From an uncultured Mycoplasmatota bacterium (GTDB taxonomy: Bacteria; Bacillota_I; Bacilli_A; RF39; UBA660), in assembly GCA_900547225.1 (NCBI GenBank), contig URFW01000001.1:49106-113105 (forward strand): a stretch of DNA of 64,000 nt, written 5' to 3'. This document shows positions 1-8,914 of this stretch, one piece after another. The notes below the pieces were generated by a model, which was not told the DNA's origin, did no database searches, and saw only the letters and a program-made list of their open reading frames with translations. The translations under genes and the position numbers were made by a program. Every line of letters starts with the position of its first letter. Position 1 is the first letter of the stretch.

Positions 1-558
1 TATAGTGAAACTGATAAGACGAATCCATTAAATGCTTATGGAAAGACAAAGTTTTTAGGCGAAGAAGAGGTAAGAAAGTATGAAAAACATTATGTGGTTA
101 GAATTTCTTGGGTTTATGGTATAAATGGTAATAATTTTGTTAAAACAATGTTAAAGCTATCTGAATCACATAATACATTGACCGTTGTAAATGATCAAAT
201 TGGCTCTCCAACGTATACTAAAGATGTATCAAGACTTCTAGTAGATATGGCTAAGACTGATAAATATGGTACTTATCATGGAACAAATGAGGCTTACTGT
301 TCGTGGGCTGACTTTGCAAGGGAAATATTTAAAATCAATAAAAAAGATGTTAATGTAGTAGGTGTTACTACTGAAGAATATTATAGGGGTAAAAAAATTG
401 CTAAGAGACCACTTAATTCAAAATTATCTAAAGCAAAACTAAAAAATGCGGGTTTTGATTTATTACCTACATGGGAGGATGCACTAGTTAGATATTCTGA
501 TGAATTAGAAAATGAAAAAGAAAAAAAAGAAGTATTTGTAAAGAAAGGAAACAATTAA
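1..558 (+). CDS. rfbD: dTDP-4-dehydrorhamnose reductase, C-terminal part (5' end outside window)
   Basis: Frame 1 is open from base 1 (YSETDKTNPLNAYGKTKFLGEEEV...). It has the SDR catalytic YxxxK (NAYGKTK) and is followed directly by rfbB. The ORF-track start at 94 is an internal GTG. Confidence 0.85.
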   Translation, partial: YSETDKTNPLNAYGKTKFLGEEEVRKYEKHYVVRISWVYGINGNNFVKTMLKLSESHNTLTVVNDQIGSPTYTKDVSRLLVDMAKTDKYGTYHGTNEAYCSWADFAREIFKINKKDVNVVGVTTEEYYRGKKIAKRPLNSKLSKAKLKNAGFDLLPTWEDALVRYSDELENEKEKKEVFVKKGNN

Positions 559-560
559 TT

Positions 561-1586
561 ATGAGTAAATTTTTAATAACTGGAGGAGCTGGATTTATTG
601 GTAGTAATTATTTACACTATGTAGTAGACAAGTATCCAGAAGATGAATTTGTATGTTTAGATGCATTAACTTATGCAGGAAACTATAACAATATTAAGAA
701 ATTAGAAGAAAAACCAAATTATAAATTTGTTAAAATGGACATAAGAGATAAAGATGCTATTTTAGAATTATTTAAAAAAGAAAAATTTGATTACGTAATA
801 AATTTTGCAGCAGAATCACATGTTGATAATTCTATTAAGAATCCAAATATATTTGCAGAAACTAATATTTTAGGTACTATGAATTTACTTAATGCTGCAA
901 AATATATGAGAGATGTGGAAAATCATCCTCTTGTAAGGTACCATCAAGTGTCCACTGATGAGGTTTATGGTGATTTGCCTTTAGATAGACCTGATTTAAA
1001 ATTTACAGAGGAAACTCCTATTCATACATCTAGCCCTTATTCGGCATCAAAAGCAAGTGCTGATTTAGAAGTTTTGGCATATGCTAGAACATTTAAATTA
1101 CCTATAACAATTTCAAGATGTTCAAATAACTATGGACCTTATCAATTTCCTGAAAAATTAATTCCACTTATGGTAAGTAAGGCATTAAATAATGAATCAT
1201 TACCAGTTTATGGTACTGGAGAAAACGTAAGAGATTGGATACACGTTCATGATCATAATGTTGGAGTTGATATGATTGTAAGGCATGGTAAAGAAGGAGA
1301 AATATATAATTTAGGTGGTCACTCTGAAAGAACTAATATTGAAATGGTTAAAACAATATTAAAACAGTTAGGAAAACCAGAAAGCTTAATTACATTTGTT
1401 CAAGATAGAGCAGGTCATGACAGAAGATATGCTATTGATTCTACAAAAGCAGAAAGAGAATTAGGATGGAATAGATCATATACTTTTGATGAAGGTATTA
1501 AAGAAACAATTAATTGGTATGTTGACAATCAAGAATGGATTGATGACATAAAATCTGGTTCTTATAGAAACAGTTATAAAGGATAA
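561..1586 (+). CDS. rfbB: dTDP-glucose 4,6-dehydratase
   Basis: Rossmann motif GGAGFIGSN, catalytic YSASKA, and RmlB-like length and sequence throughout. Confidence 0.95.
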   Translation: MSKFLITGGAGFIGSNYLHYVVDKYPEDEFVCLDALTYAGNYNNIKKLEEKPNYKFVKMDIRDKDAILELFKKEKFDYVINFAAESHVDNSIKNPNIFAETNILGTMNLLNAAKYMRDVENHPLVRYHQVSTDEVYGDLPLDRPDLKFTEETPIHTSSPYSASKASADLEVLAYARTFKLPITISRCSNNYGPYQFPEKLIPLMVSKALNNESLPVYGTGENVRDWIHVHDHNVGVDMIVRHGKEGEIYNLGGHSERTNIEMVKTILKQLGKPESLITFVQDRAGHDRRYAIDSTKAERELGWNRSYTFDEGIKETINWYVDNQEWIDDIKSGSYRNSYKG

Positions 1587-1609
1587 TGGATTTATTCCAT
1601 TATTTTTTA
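1583..1609 (+). terminator. Rho-independent terminator after rfbB
   Basis: ATAATGGA / TCCATTAT hairpin followed by a T-run. Confidence 0.6.
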
Positions 1610-1662
1610 TTTTGCATAATTTTTAATAAATGGTATAATTATTTAGTCAAGAGGTGATTTGA

Positions 1663-2592
1663 TTGAAAATGAATAGTAAAAAAATAGCTGTTTTAATTCC
1701 TTGTTATAATGAATCTAAAACAGTTGCAAAAGTAATAAAAGATTATAAAAAAGCATTACCAGAAGCAGATATATATGTTTATGACAATAATTCTACTGAT
1801 GGTACAGATAAAATAGCAGAAAAAGCAGGTGCTATTGTAAAGTATGAATATCGTCAAGGTAAAGGTAACGTAATAAGAAGTATGTTTAGGGATATAGATG
1901 CTGATTGTTACCTTATGATTGACGGTGATGATACATATCCAGCAGAAAATGCAAAAGAAATGTGTGATTTAATATTAAATAAAAGAGCTGATATGGTAAT
2001 AGGAGATAGATTATCTAGTACTTATTTCACTGAAAATAAAAGACCATTTCATAATTTAGGAAACAAGATGGTTAGATTCTTAATTAATAAGTTGTTTAAC
2101 AATAAGGTTAAAGATATTATGACTGGTTATAGAGCATTTTCTTATGAGTTTGTTAAGGGTTTTCCAGTTTTATCAAAGGGGTTTGAAATAGAAACTGAAA
2201 TGACTATTCATGCGGTTGATAAAAACTTTAAACTAGTAGAAATCCCGGTTAATTATAAAGATAGACCAGAAGGATCAGTTTCTAAATTAAATACTTATAG
2301 TGATGGATTTAAGGTACTAAAAACAATAGCAACTTTATTTAAGGAATATAAACCTGCTGAATTTTTTAATATTATAAGTGTAATATGTTTAATAATATCA
2401 CTTATATTAGGAATTCCTGTTGTAACAGAGTATTTTAAAACGGGATTAGTTCCAAGATTTCCTACTTTAATAGTCTCAGGAATAGCACTTCTTGTTGCGT
2501 TATTATTATGTATAACTGGTATAATTTTACAAGTAATAGTAAAGAAACATAGACAATTATATGAATTATATTTAAATACATTGAGGAAGTAA
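1663..2592 (+). CDS. Family 2 glycosyltransferase with C-terminal TM helices (GtrB/CsbB-like polyprenol-phosphate glycosyltransferase)
   Basis: IPCYNE, YDNNSTDGT and IDGDD motifs of the GT-A fold, plus two hydrophobic C-terminal helices. SD GAGGTGA lies upstream. ATG at 1669 is an alternative start. Confidence 0.85.
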   Translation: MKMNSKKIAVLIPCYNESKTVAKVIKDYKKALPEADIYVYDNNSTDGTDKIAEKAGAIVKYEYRQGKGNVIRSMFRDIDADCYLMIDGDDTYPAENAKEMCDLILNKRADMVIGDRLSSTYFTENKRPFHNLGNKMVRFLINKLFNNKVKDIMTGYRAFSYEFVKGFPVLSKGFEIETEMTIHAVDKNFKLVEIPVNYKDRPEGSVSKLNTYSDGFKVLKTIATLFKEYKPAEFFNIISVICLIISLILGIPVVTEYFKTGLVPRFPTLIVSGIALLVALLLCITGIILQVIVKKHRQLYELYLNTLRK

Positions 2593-2595
2593 AAT

Positions 2596-3030
2596 ATGAA
2601 GAAAATATGGAATTTATATAAGAAGTATGAAGAGATTGTAAATTATTTGGTTGTGGGCGGATTGACAACTATTGTTGCAATTGGATCAAAACTTTTACTT
2701 TTGGCTACCATTTTAGATCAAACAAATGGTTTGGAACTTCAAATAGCAGAAGTTATTTCTTGGTTTTTAGCAGTAACATTTGCCTATGTAACAAACAGAA
2801 TATTTGTATTTAAATCAAAAACAAGTGGAAGTAAATGTGCTAGAGAAATTTTTAATTTCTTTAAAGGTAGAATAGCAACTCAACTTATTCAAATGTTTAT
2901 AATGTGGTTTTTTGTAACACTTCTTGAACTTGATTCTAATGTTTGGGTTCTTGTATTTACTTTGGTTTGCCAAGTTATGCAGATAGTACTTAATTATGTT
3001 ATAAGTAAGTTACTAGTTTTTAAAAAATAA
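2596..3030 (+). CDS. GtrA-family membrane protein
   Basis: 144 aa with 4 TM segments and a typical GtrA N-terminus (YLVVGGLTT). Adjacent to the GT2 gene. Confidence 0.8.
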   Translation: MKKIWNLYKKYEEIVNYLVVGGLTTIVAIGSKLLLLATILDQTNGLELQIAEVISWFLAVTFAYVTNRIFVFKSKTSGSKCAREIFNFFKGRIATQLIQMFIMWFFVTLLELDSNVWVLVFTLVCQVMQIVLNYVISKLLVFKK

Positions 3031-3097
3031 TAAACTAATGAAAGATATATAATTTAATTTAATATACCCTCTAATTTTTGAAAGATTTTTCAGAAAT

Positions 3098-3141
3098 TTA
3101 GGGGGTTTTTTAAATTTTTGGATAATTATTTATGTAGGAGG
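3098..3141 (+). repeat. Copy A (most diverged) of a ~46-nt intergenic element, TTAGGGGG-T-run-AAA...AGGAGG
   Basis: Similar by eye to 4239-4285 and 60618-60663. Its GGGGG arm also closes a terminator-like hairpin with CCCTCTAATTT (3067-3077). Confidence 0.4.
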
Positions 3142-3281
3142 AAGATAAGTATCTTTGTCAAAATAGATTATATAAATAAAAATCGTAAGAAGGATAAGTG
3201 ATGTTAAATTGACGAATTTCACTTGATATTTTTTGTTTTAAAATTTTGAAAGATAGAAACATCATAAAGAAAGGAGAAAAA

Positions 3282-4163
3282 ATGGATTATTATAAGAAAA
3301 TAAAAAAAGAGTTAATAAATAATGAAGTATATAAAAAAGTGAAAGATTATTCAAAAAATAGAAGTGATTTAAATACGTATTATAAAGTTGGAAAGTTGTT
3401 AAATGATGCCGGAAAAAGTTATGGTGAAGGAATAATAAAGAAGTATTCTGATAGATTAACTAAAGAGTTAGGCAAGGGATATGGGTTATCGAATTTAAAA
3501 AATATGAGAAGATTTTACAATGTCGCAAAAAGCCAATCACTGATTGGCCAATTGAGTTGGACACATTACTGTATATTGCTACCTTTAAATGATATAAATA
3601 AGATTAATTATTACATAAAAATAACAGAAGAACAAAACCTATCAGTAAGAAAGTTAAGGGAACGTATAAAGTCCCGTGAATATGAAAGATTAGATGATAA
3701 CACAAAAGAAAAACTAATTAATAAAGAAGAGGTTAATACTGGTGATTTAATAAAGGACCCAATACTTATAAGAAATAAGTTTGATACAAGTAGGATATCA
3801 GAAAAGATGCTTTTAGAAACTATTATGGATAATTTAGAAGAATTTTTAAGTGAGTTTGGTGATGGATATAGTTTTATAAAAAGTGGGTATCCAATAAAAA
3901 TAGGAGATAGATATAACTATATAGATATGCTCTTATATAACATTTATGATAACTGTTATGTTGTAATAGAACTTAAGATAAACGAAATAAAAAAAGAACA
4001 TATAGGACAGATAGAAACGTATATGAACTTTATAGATAAAAATTTAAGAACGATTAATCAAAGTCCTACCATTGGTATTATCGTATGTAAAAAGAAGAAC
4101 GGTTATCTATTTAAATACGTAACTAACAAAAAAATATATGAAAGAAAATATGAATTAGTGTGA
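3282..4163 (+). CDS. DUF1016/YhcG-family PDDEXK nuclease (copy 1)
   Basis: N-terminal helical YhcG-like region (MDYYKKIK...LSWTHY). C-terminal D...E-x-K core (IDMLLY...VVIELK). ATG 3282 has SD AAAGGAG; the track start 3246 is an upstream TTG. Confidence 0.75.
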   Translation: MDYYKKIKKELINNEVYKKVKDYSKNRSDLNTYYKVGKLLNDAGKSYGEGIIKKYSDRLTKELGKGYGLSNLKNMRRFYNVAKSQSLIGQLSWTHYCILLPLNDINKINYYIKITEEQNLSVRKLRERIKSREYERLDDNTKEKLINKEEVNTGDLIKDPILIRNKFDTSRISEKMLLETIMDNLEEFLSEFGDGYSFIKSGYPIKIGDRYNYIDMLLYNIYDNCYVVIELKINEIKKEHIGQIETYMNFIDKNLRTINQSPTIGIIVCKKKNGYLFKYVTNKKIYERKYELV

Positions 4164-4238
4164 AAAGCAAAGAGAAATCCTTGCTTTTTTATTGTATTTA
4201 ATTATTCGACAAAACTTCTTAAATTTTTTTCATATTTC

Positions 4239-4285
4239 TTAGGGGGTTTTTCAAAAATTTGTCTAACTATTAATTTGAAAGGAGG
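4239..4285 (+). repeat. Copy B of the ~46-nt intergenic element
   Basis: Hand alignment gives 41 of 48 columns identical to 60618-60663. It ends in GAAAGGAGG followed only by ATG GTT AAA TAA. Confidence 0.55.
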
Positions 4286-4355
4286 AAATTAATGGTTAAA
4301 TAACTTTGAATTGTTGTAGTTAAAAAATAATCATGAAAAAGAAAGGAAAAAACAT

Positions 4356-4616
4356 ATGACTAGAAAATTTGTTGTTACGATTAAAGAAATAGAAAATGAG
4401 GATAGTGTGGCAAAAAAAACACTTGCAAGAGAAGCGTTCATGAACTTAATTAGGGAAAAAGACAGCTTAGATAACTACGAGGAGGATATAGAAGAATCTG
4501 AAGAAGAAATAGAAGATGAAAACGGTAATAAGAAAAAGTTATACATAGTCTCTAAAAGTTCTCCATATTTAACGAAATTATTTAATGATATTGAATCGTG
4601 GGTGAATAAAGATTGA
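4356..4616 (+). CDS. Small acidic hypothetical protein
   Basis: 86 aa with SD AAAGGAA and a Glu-rich centre. Its stop overlaps the start of the adhesin gene (TTGA). Confidence 0.5.
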   Translation: MTRKFVVTIKEIENEDSVAKKTLAREAFMNLIREKDSLDNYEEDIEESEEEIEDENGNKKKLYIVSKSSPYLTKLFNDIESWVNKD

Positions 4617-6100
4617 AAAAGAAAATAACGCTGCTTCTTCTTGCTGTAATAATGCTTTTACCATTTATAAAAGTAAAGGCATTATCAAATGATTCATACG
4701 TTGATTGGAATTTAGACAGAAGCATATTTGCACATCAATATAGAAATGGAAGTGACCATATCACAAATCTTGCAATGATGACTGTAAATGGTGTTTATGG
4801 TTACTGTATTGAACCTGGAATACTTGCACATAAGGCTTCTTATTATTCATCAACTACTAGCATAAATGATACTCCATTAAGCGGGATAGATACTAAAAGA
4901 TTAAGCCTAATAGGATATTATGGATATGGTTATGAAGGACATAATACAAAAGAGTATTATATGGCAACTCAGGAGCTAATATGGAGGTATATGGGCGTAG
5001 AAAACGTATGGTGGACTGATAAAAAAGTTGGTGGTAATATAATAAATATTGATTCATATAAAAACGAAATATTAAGACTTGTTAATCTATACGATGTAAC
5101 TCCTTCTTTTAATTTTAAAGAAGAATATATGGTAGGAGATGAAATCATTCTTCCTGATAATAACAATGTTTTAAATGGTTATGACGTATTTCAAAATCAA
5201 AACGTTACAAAAGATGGTAATAATATAAAAATAAAGGTATCTGATGGAAATAATAAATTTACTTTAAAAAGAAAAAATAATGGTAAATTAACCAAGTTCT
5301 ATTATAAAAGCGGATATCAAACAATTGGGACGTTTGAGTTCCCTTATGAACACTCTAAAGAGTATGATGTTAAATCATTTTATGGGAAGATAATAATTGA
5401 CAAACTAGATGATGATACTAAAAGCAAAGATAAGTCATCTAGCGAAGCTTCATTAAAAGGAGCAGAATATGGTTTATATGATAAAGATAATAATTTGCTT
5501 CAAACTAAAAAAACAGATAAAGATGGAACGATTATATTTGATAATTTACCTAAAAATAATTACCGAATAAAAGAGATTAGTCCAAGCGTGGGATATACTA
5601 AATCACCAACTATATCATCTACGTTTATTGGAACTGGAACGAGGGAAGTTGTTATAAAATCGTTTGAGAAAATAATTAAAAATAAAATTTATATTACAAA
5701 GGTTTTAGATGATCCAATAAATAATACATGCACACCTGAAGAGGGAATATTATTCTACGTATTTGATATATTGGGAAACCACATAATGGATCTTGTTACA
5801 GATAAAAATGGTAATATAGAGTTTACCTTACCATACGGAACTTATACACTTAGACAAATATCTACTAAAGATGGAGTAGATAAAATAAAAGATAGAATAA
5901 TTGAGGTTAATAAAGATGGAATTACACAAAAAATAGCGTTAGTTAATCATTTTTTACCAAAAGAAAAAGTTCCAGAAGAAAAGAAAGAGGAAATAAAGGA
6001 AGAGGTTTTACCTAATACTGGTAAACATAGCTTTCCATTATATATCATGCTTTTATCTATAAGTTCATTAATTACTATTTATGAAAAATCGCGTAATTAG
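4613..6100 (+). CDS. LPNTG-anchored surface adhesin with thioester domain and Cna-B/SpaA-type repeats
   Basis: Signal peptide present. TED-like Cys in YGYCIEPG (TGT 4805-4807) and Gln in MATQELIW (CAG 4970-4972). CnaB-like GAEYGLYDKDNN...DGTIIFDNLPKNNYRIKEI. C-terminal LPNTG plus hydrophobic helix plus basic tail. Confidence 0.8.
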   Translation: MKKKITLLLLAVIMLLPFIKVKALSNDSYVDWNLDRSIFAHQYRNGSDHITNLAMMTVNGVYGYCIEPGILAHKASYYSSTTSINDTPLSGIDTKRLSLIGYYGYGYEGHNTKEYYMATQELIWRYMGVENVWWTDKKVGGNIINIDSYKNEILRLVNLYDVTPSFNFKEEYMVGDEIILPDNNNVLNGYDVFQNQNVTKDGNNIKIKVSDGNNKFTLKRKNNGKLTKFYYKSGYQTIGTFEFPYEHSKEYDVKSFYGKIIIDKLDDDTKSKDKSSSEASLKGAEYGLYDKDNNLLQTKKTDKDGTIIFDNLPKNNYRIKEISPSVGYTKSPTISSTFIGTGTREVVIKSFEKIIKNKIYITKVLDDPINNTCTPEEGILFYVFDILGNHIMDLVTDKNGNIEFTLPYGTYTLRQISTKDGVDKIKDRIIEVNKDGITQKIALVNHFLPKEKVPEEKKEEIKEEVLPNTGKHSFPLYIMLLSISSLITIYEKSRN

Positions 6101-6620
6101 TTTAGTACTTTTTATAAGCGTATTTTTAATTACAAAGGATTTAGCTTTTATGTTTCTATTAAATACCACAAGTGATAAAATAGTAAGTTCTTATTTTACG
6201 GGTAGTCCAACCTTTAATTATAAAAGTGATATGGTTTTAAATATTCCAAGTATTAACCTTGAAACCGTGGTAAAAAAAGCAGATGATAAATTTAAATTAC
6301 TCGATAGATATTTAGTTTATTATAAAAATAATAATTATAAAAAAGGAATAGTAATACTAGGACATTCTGGTATGGGATATGGTACCTACTTTAATAGATT
6401 AGATGAACTAGATAATAAAAGTGATGTATATATCTATAAAGATAAACTTAAACTAACCTATCAATTTAAGGAAAAAATTGATGTAAAAGAAACGCAGATA
6501 AACATTTTAAATAGTGCTAAAGCAAATGAACTTATACTAATTACATGTAAAAAAAGTGTTAAAGATGAAAGGTTAGTTGTTAAATTAGTGTTAAAAAGTG
6601 CTAAAACCATTGAAAAATAA
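6081..6620 (+). CDS. Sortase-family transpeptidase
   Basis: N-terminal membrane anchor, His in ILGHSG, Cys in LILITCKK (TLxTC-like) and a downstream Arg (DERLVV). Overlaps the adhesin gene by 20 nt. Confidence 0.75.
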   Translation: MKNRVISLVLFISVFLITKDLAFMFLLNTTSDKIVSSYFTGSPTFNYKSDMVLNIPSINLETVVKKADDKFKLLDRYLVYYKNNNYKKGIVILGHSGMGYGTYFNRLDELDNKSDVYIYKDKLKLTYQFKEKIDVKETQINILNSAKANELILITCKKSVKDERLVVKLVLKSAKTIEK

Positions 6621-6731
6621 GCAAAAAATACTATTTTTGCTCTAAAAATACTTGAAATAACTAGTAAAAAATGATACGCTTATATTGTAAGCAAGGTAGC
6701 TTATAGATATGGACAATATGGAGGTTTTATT

Positions 6732-7007
6732 ATGTCAAAACAAGAATTAGTAGAAAAAATGGCTGAAAAAGCTGGATTAACTAAGGCTGATGCTGCTCGT
6801 GCATTAGATGCATTTACTGAAAGTGTAACTGAAGCATTAAAGGCAGGAGACAAAGTTTCATTAGTAGGATTTGGTACTTATGCAACTTCAGAAAGACCAG
6901 CTAGAGAAGGTCGTAACCCAAGAACTGGAGAAACAGTTAAGATTGCTGCTAGAACTGCAGTTACATTCAAAGCTGGTTCTAAGTTAAAAGAAGCTGTAAA
7001 CAAATAA
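6732..7007 (+). CDS. hup: DNA-binding protein HU
   Basis: 91 aa, [21 protein letters not shown]...GRNPRTGE..., canonical HU sequence. Confidence 0.95.
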   Translation: MSKQELVEKMAEKAGLTKADAARALDAFTESVTEALKAGDKVSLVGFGTYATSERPAREGRNPRTGETVKIAARTAVTFKAGSKLKEAVNK

Positions 7008-7009
7008 TG

Positions 7010-7038
7010 AAAAACCATGAAAATGGTTTTTTCTTTTT
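7010..7038 (+). terminator. Rho-independent terminator after hup
   Basis: AAAAACCAT-GAAA-ATGGTTTTT followed by a T-run. Confidence 0.7.
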
Positions 7039-7058
7039 GAATTTTTGTTATAATTATA

Positions 7059-8168
7059 ATGGTGATAACTTTGATAGAGAAAGCATGTGAACTTTTACAA
7101 ATGTTTTATTCTTCTGGCTATGAAGCTTATGTAGTTGGAGGTTTTGTAAGAGATATTATTTTAGGAAGAAATAGTTTTGATGTTGATATTGCAACTAATG
7201 CTACACCAAAAGAAGTGCAAATGATATTTAAAGATGTAAAACTTCCGTTTGAGGGGTATGGATCCGTGCATTTAGTATATAAAAAAGTAAATTTTGAAAT
7301 TACAACGTACCGTATGGACCTAGAATATCAAGATAAAAGAAAACCTTCTAAGATAGTTTATACTGATAAATTGATAATTGATTTAAGAAGAAGAGACTTT
7401 ACTATGAACACGTTATGCATGGATAAAAATAAGAACATTATTGACTTATTAAATGCAAGGTGTGATATAGAGAATAAGGTAATAAAAACAGTTGGAAATG
7501 CAAATAGAAGACTAAAAGAAGATTCTCTTAGAATACTTCGTGCAATAAGGTTTGCAACCGAACTTGATTTTTCTATTGATGAAGAATTAAAGGATGCCAT
7601 AATAAATAATAGAGAGCTAGTTAAAGATTTATCATTTTATAGAAAAAAGCAGGAACTAAACAGAATCTTTTCATCTCCTAACGTACTTAAAGGAATTAGT
7701 CTTTTAAAATATTTTTCTTTGGATGAATATTTAGACATAGATTTAAAACATGAAATCGTTAAAACAAGTGATCCAATAGGTATATGGGCGCAGGTTAGTC
7801 CTTCATCCTCATATCCTTTTACATCTAATGAAAAAGACTATTTAAAGGCCATAAATGATGTTTTAACAGATGATGTGATAAATGATATGGAATTGTATAA
7901 AAAGGGCAATTACGTGTGCTTTATTGCTGCTCAAATACTTAATATGGATACTAAAGATATTTATGACAGATGTGATAACTTAGTGATAAAAAAGACATCA
8001 GATATTAAACTTACCGGAAAAGATATAATAGATCTTATTAATCCTAAAGATAAAAGTATTATAAAAAACATAATTAAAGATATTGAAGAAAAAATAATAT
8101 ACAAAGAATTAAACAATAATTATGAAGAGTTAAAACATTACGTGTTAGATAACTATAAGAAATATTGA
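7059..8168 (+). CDS. cca: CCA-adding tRNA nucleotidyltransferase
   Basis: GGFVRD motif, DFTMN and RAIRFA. The start is uncertain; TTG 7071 after GGTGA is an alternative. Confidence 0.85.
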   Translation: MVITLIEKACELLQMFYSSGYEAYVVGGFVRDIILGRNSFDVDIATNATPKEVQMIFKDVKLPFEGYGSVHLVYKKVNFEITTYRMDLEYQDKRKPSKIVYTDKLIIDLRRRDFTMNTLCMDKNKNIIDLLNARCDIENKVIKTVGNANRRLKEDSLRILRAIRFATELDFSIDEELKDAIINNRELVKDLSFYRKKQELNRIFSSPNVLKGISLLKYFSLDEYLDIDLKHEIVKTSDPIGIWAQVSPSSSYPFTSNEKDYLKAINDVLTDDVINDMELYKKGNYVCFIAAQILNMDTKDIYDRCDNLVIKKTSDIKLTGKDIIDLINPKDKSIIKNIIKDIEEKIIYKELNNNYEELKHYVLDNYKKY

Positions 8169-8219
8169 TAATACGCATCCAGTTATGTTATAATCCTTTT
8201 TAGAAAGAGGTGATTTTGT

Positions 8220-8867
8220 ATGCTAAAAAAAGAGTTAATGAACGAACTTAATAATGAAAATCATTATACCGTTCCAAGATATGTTTTATCTTATGCTAAA
8301 GAACTTGGTTTAGATATGGATTCACTTATTTTACTTATTTATTTTTTAAATAAACCAAACAAATCTATATTTGATTATAAAAAGATAATTGAAGATATTA
8401 ATTTTACTGAAAAAGAGCTTTTAAATGCACTATCTACTCTTAAGGATAAGAATATTTTACTTATTCTTATGGAGAAGAATGATTCGGGTGTATTAGAAGA
8501 GAAGGTTGATATAAGTTTGTTTTATGAAATCATATTTTCTAAGATATTAAATAAGGAAACGAAAGAGAATAATGAAAAGGACTTATATGATAACTTTGAA
8601 AAAGAATTTGGAAGAACTCTTTCTCCTATGGAATATGAAATAATTAATTCTTGGAAGGAGCAAAAGATAAGTAACGAACTTATTTTATCTGCGCTTAAAG
8701 AGGCCGTGTTTAATGGAGTTAATAATTTAAGATACATAGATAAAATATTATATGAATGGAATAAAAAAGGCATAAAAAAGCCTACTGACATAATAGAAAA
8801 ACAAAAGGCAAGGGAAGAAGAAAAAACTCCTGAAACTTACGAATATGACTGGTTAAATGAAGACTAG
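8220..8867 (+). CDS. dnaD: DnaD-domain replication initiation/membrane attachment protein
   Basis: C-terminal DnaD/DnaB_2-type repeat (FEKEFGRTLSPMEYEIINSW...YIDKILYEW). SD AGAGGTGA. Confidence 0.65.
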   Translation: MLKKELMNELNNENHYTVPRYVLSYAKELGLDMDSLILLIYFLNKPNKSIFDYKKIIEDINFTEKELLNALSTLKDKNILLILMEKNDSGVLEEKVDISLFYEIIFSKILNKETKENNEKDLYDNFEKEFGRTLSPMEYEIINSWKEQKISNELILSALKEAVFNGVNNLRYIDKILYEWNKKGIKKPTDIIEKQKAREEEKTPETYEYDWLNED

Positions 8868-8890
8868 TCATTTTTTTATGAAATAAAAAA

Positions 8891-8910
8891 GCACCTTAAA
8901 TTTAAGGTAC
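8891..8910. terminator. Bidirectional hairpin between the convergent dnaD-like and ponA genes
   Basis: GCACCTTAAATTTAAGGTAC near-palindrome flanked by A-runs and T-runs. Confidence 0.5.
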
Positions 8911-8914
8911 TTAT

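Noticed and set aside
4283-4294. The mini-ORF ATG GTT AAA TAA after the strong SD of repeat copy B.
   Set aside because: Three codons only. It is interpreted as a relic of the gene start seen intact at copy C rather than a functional ORF.
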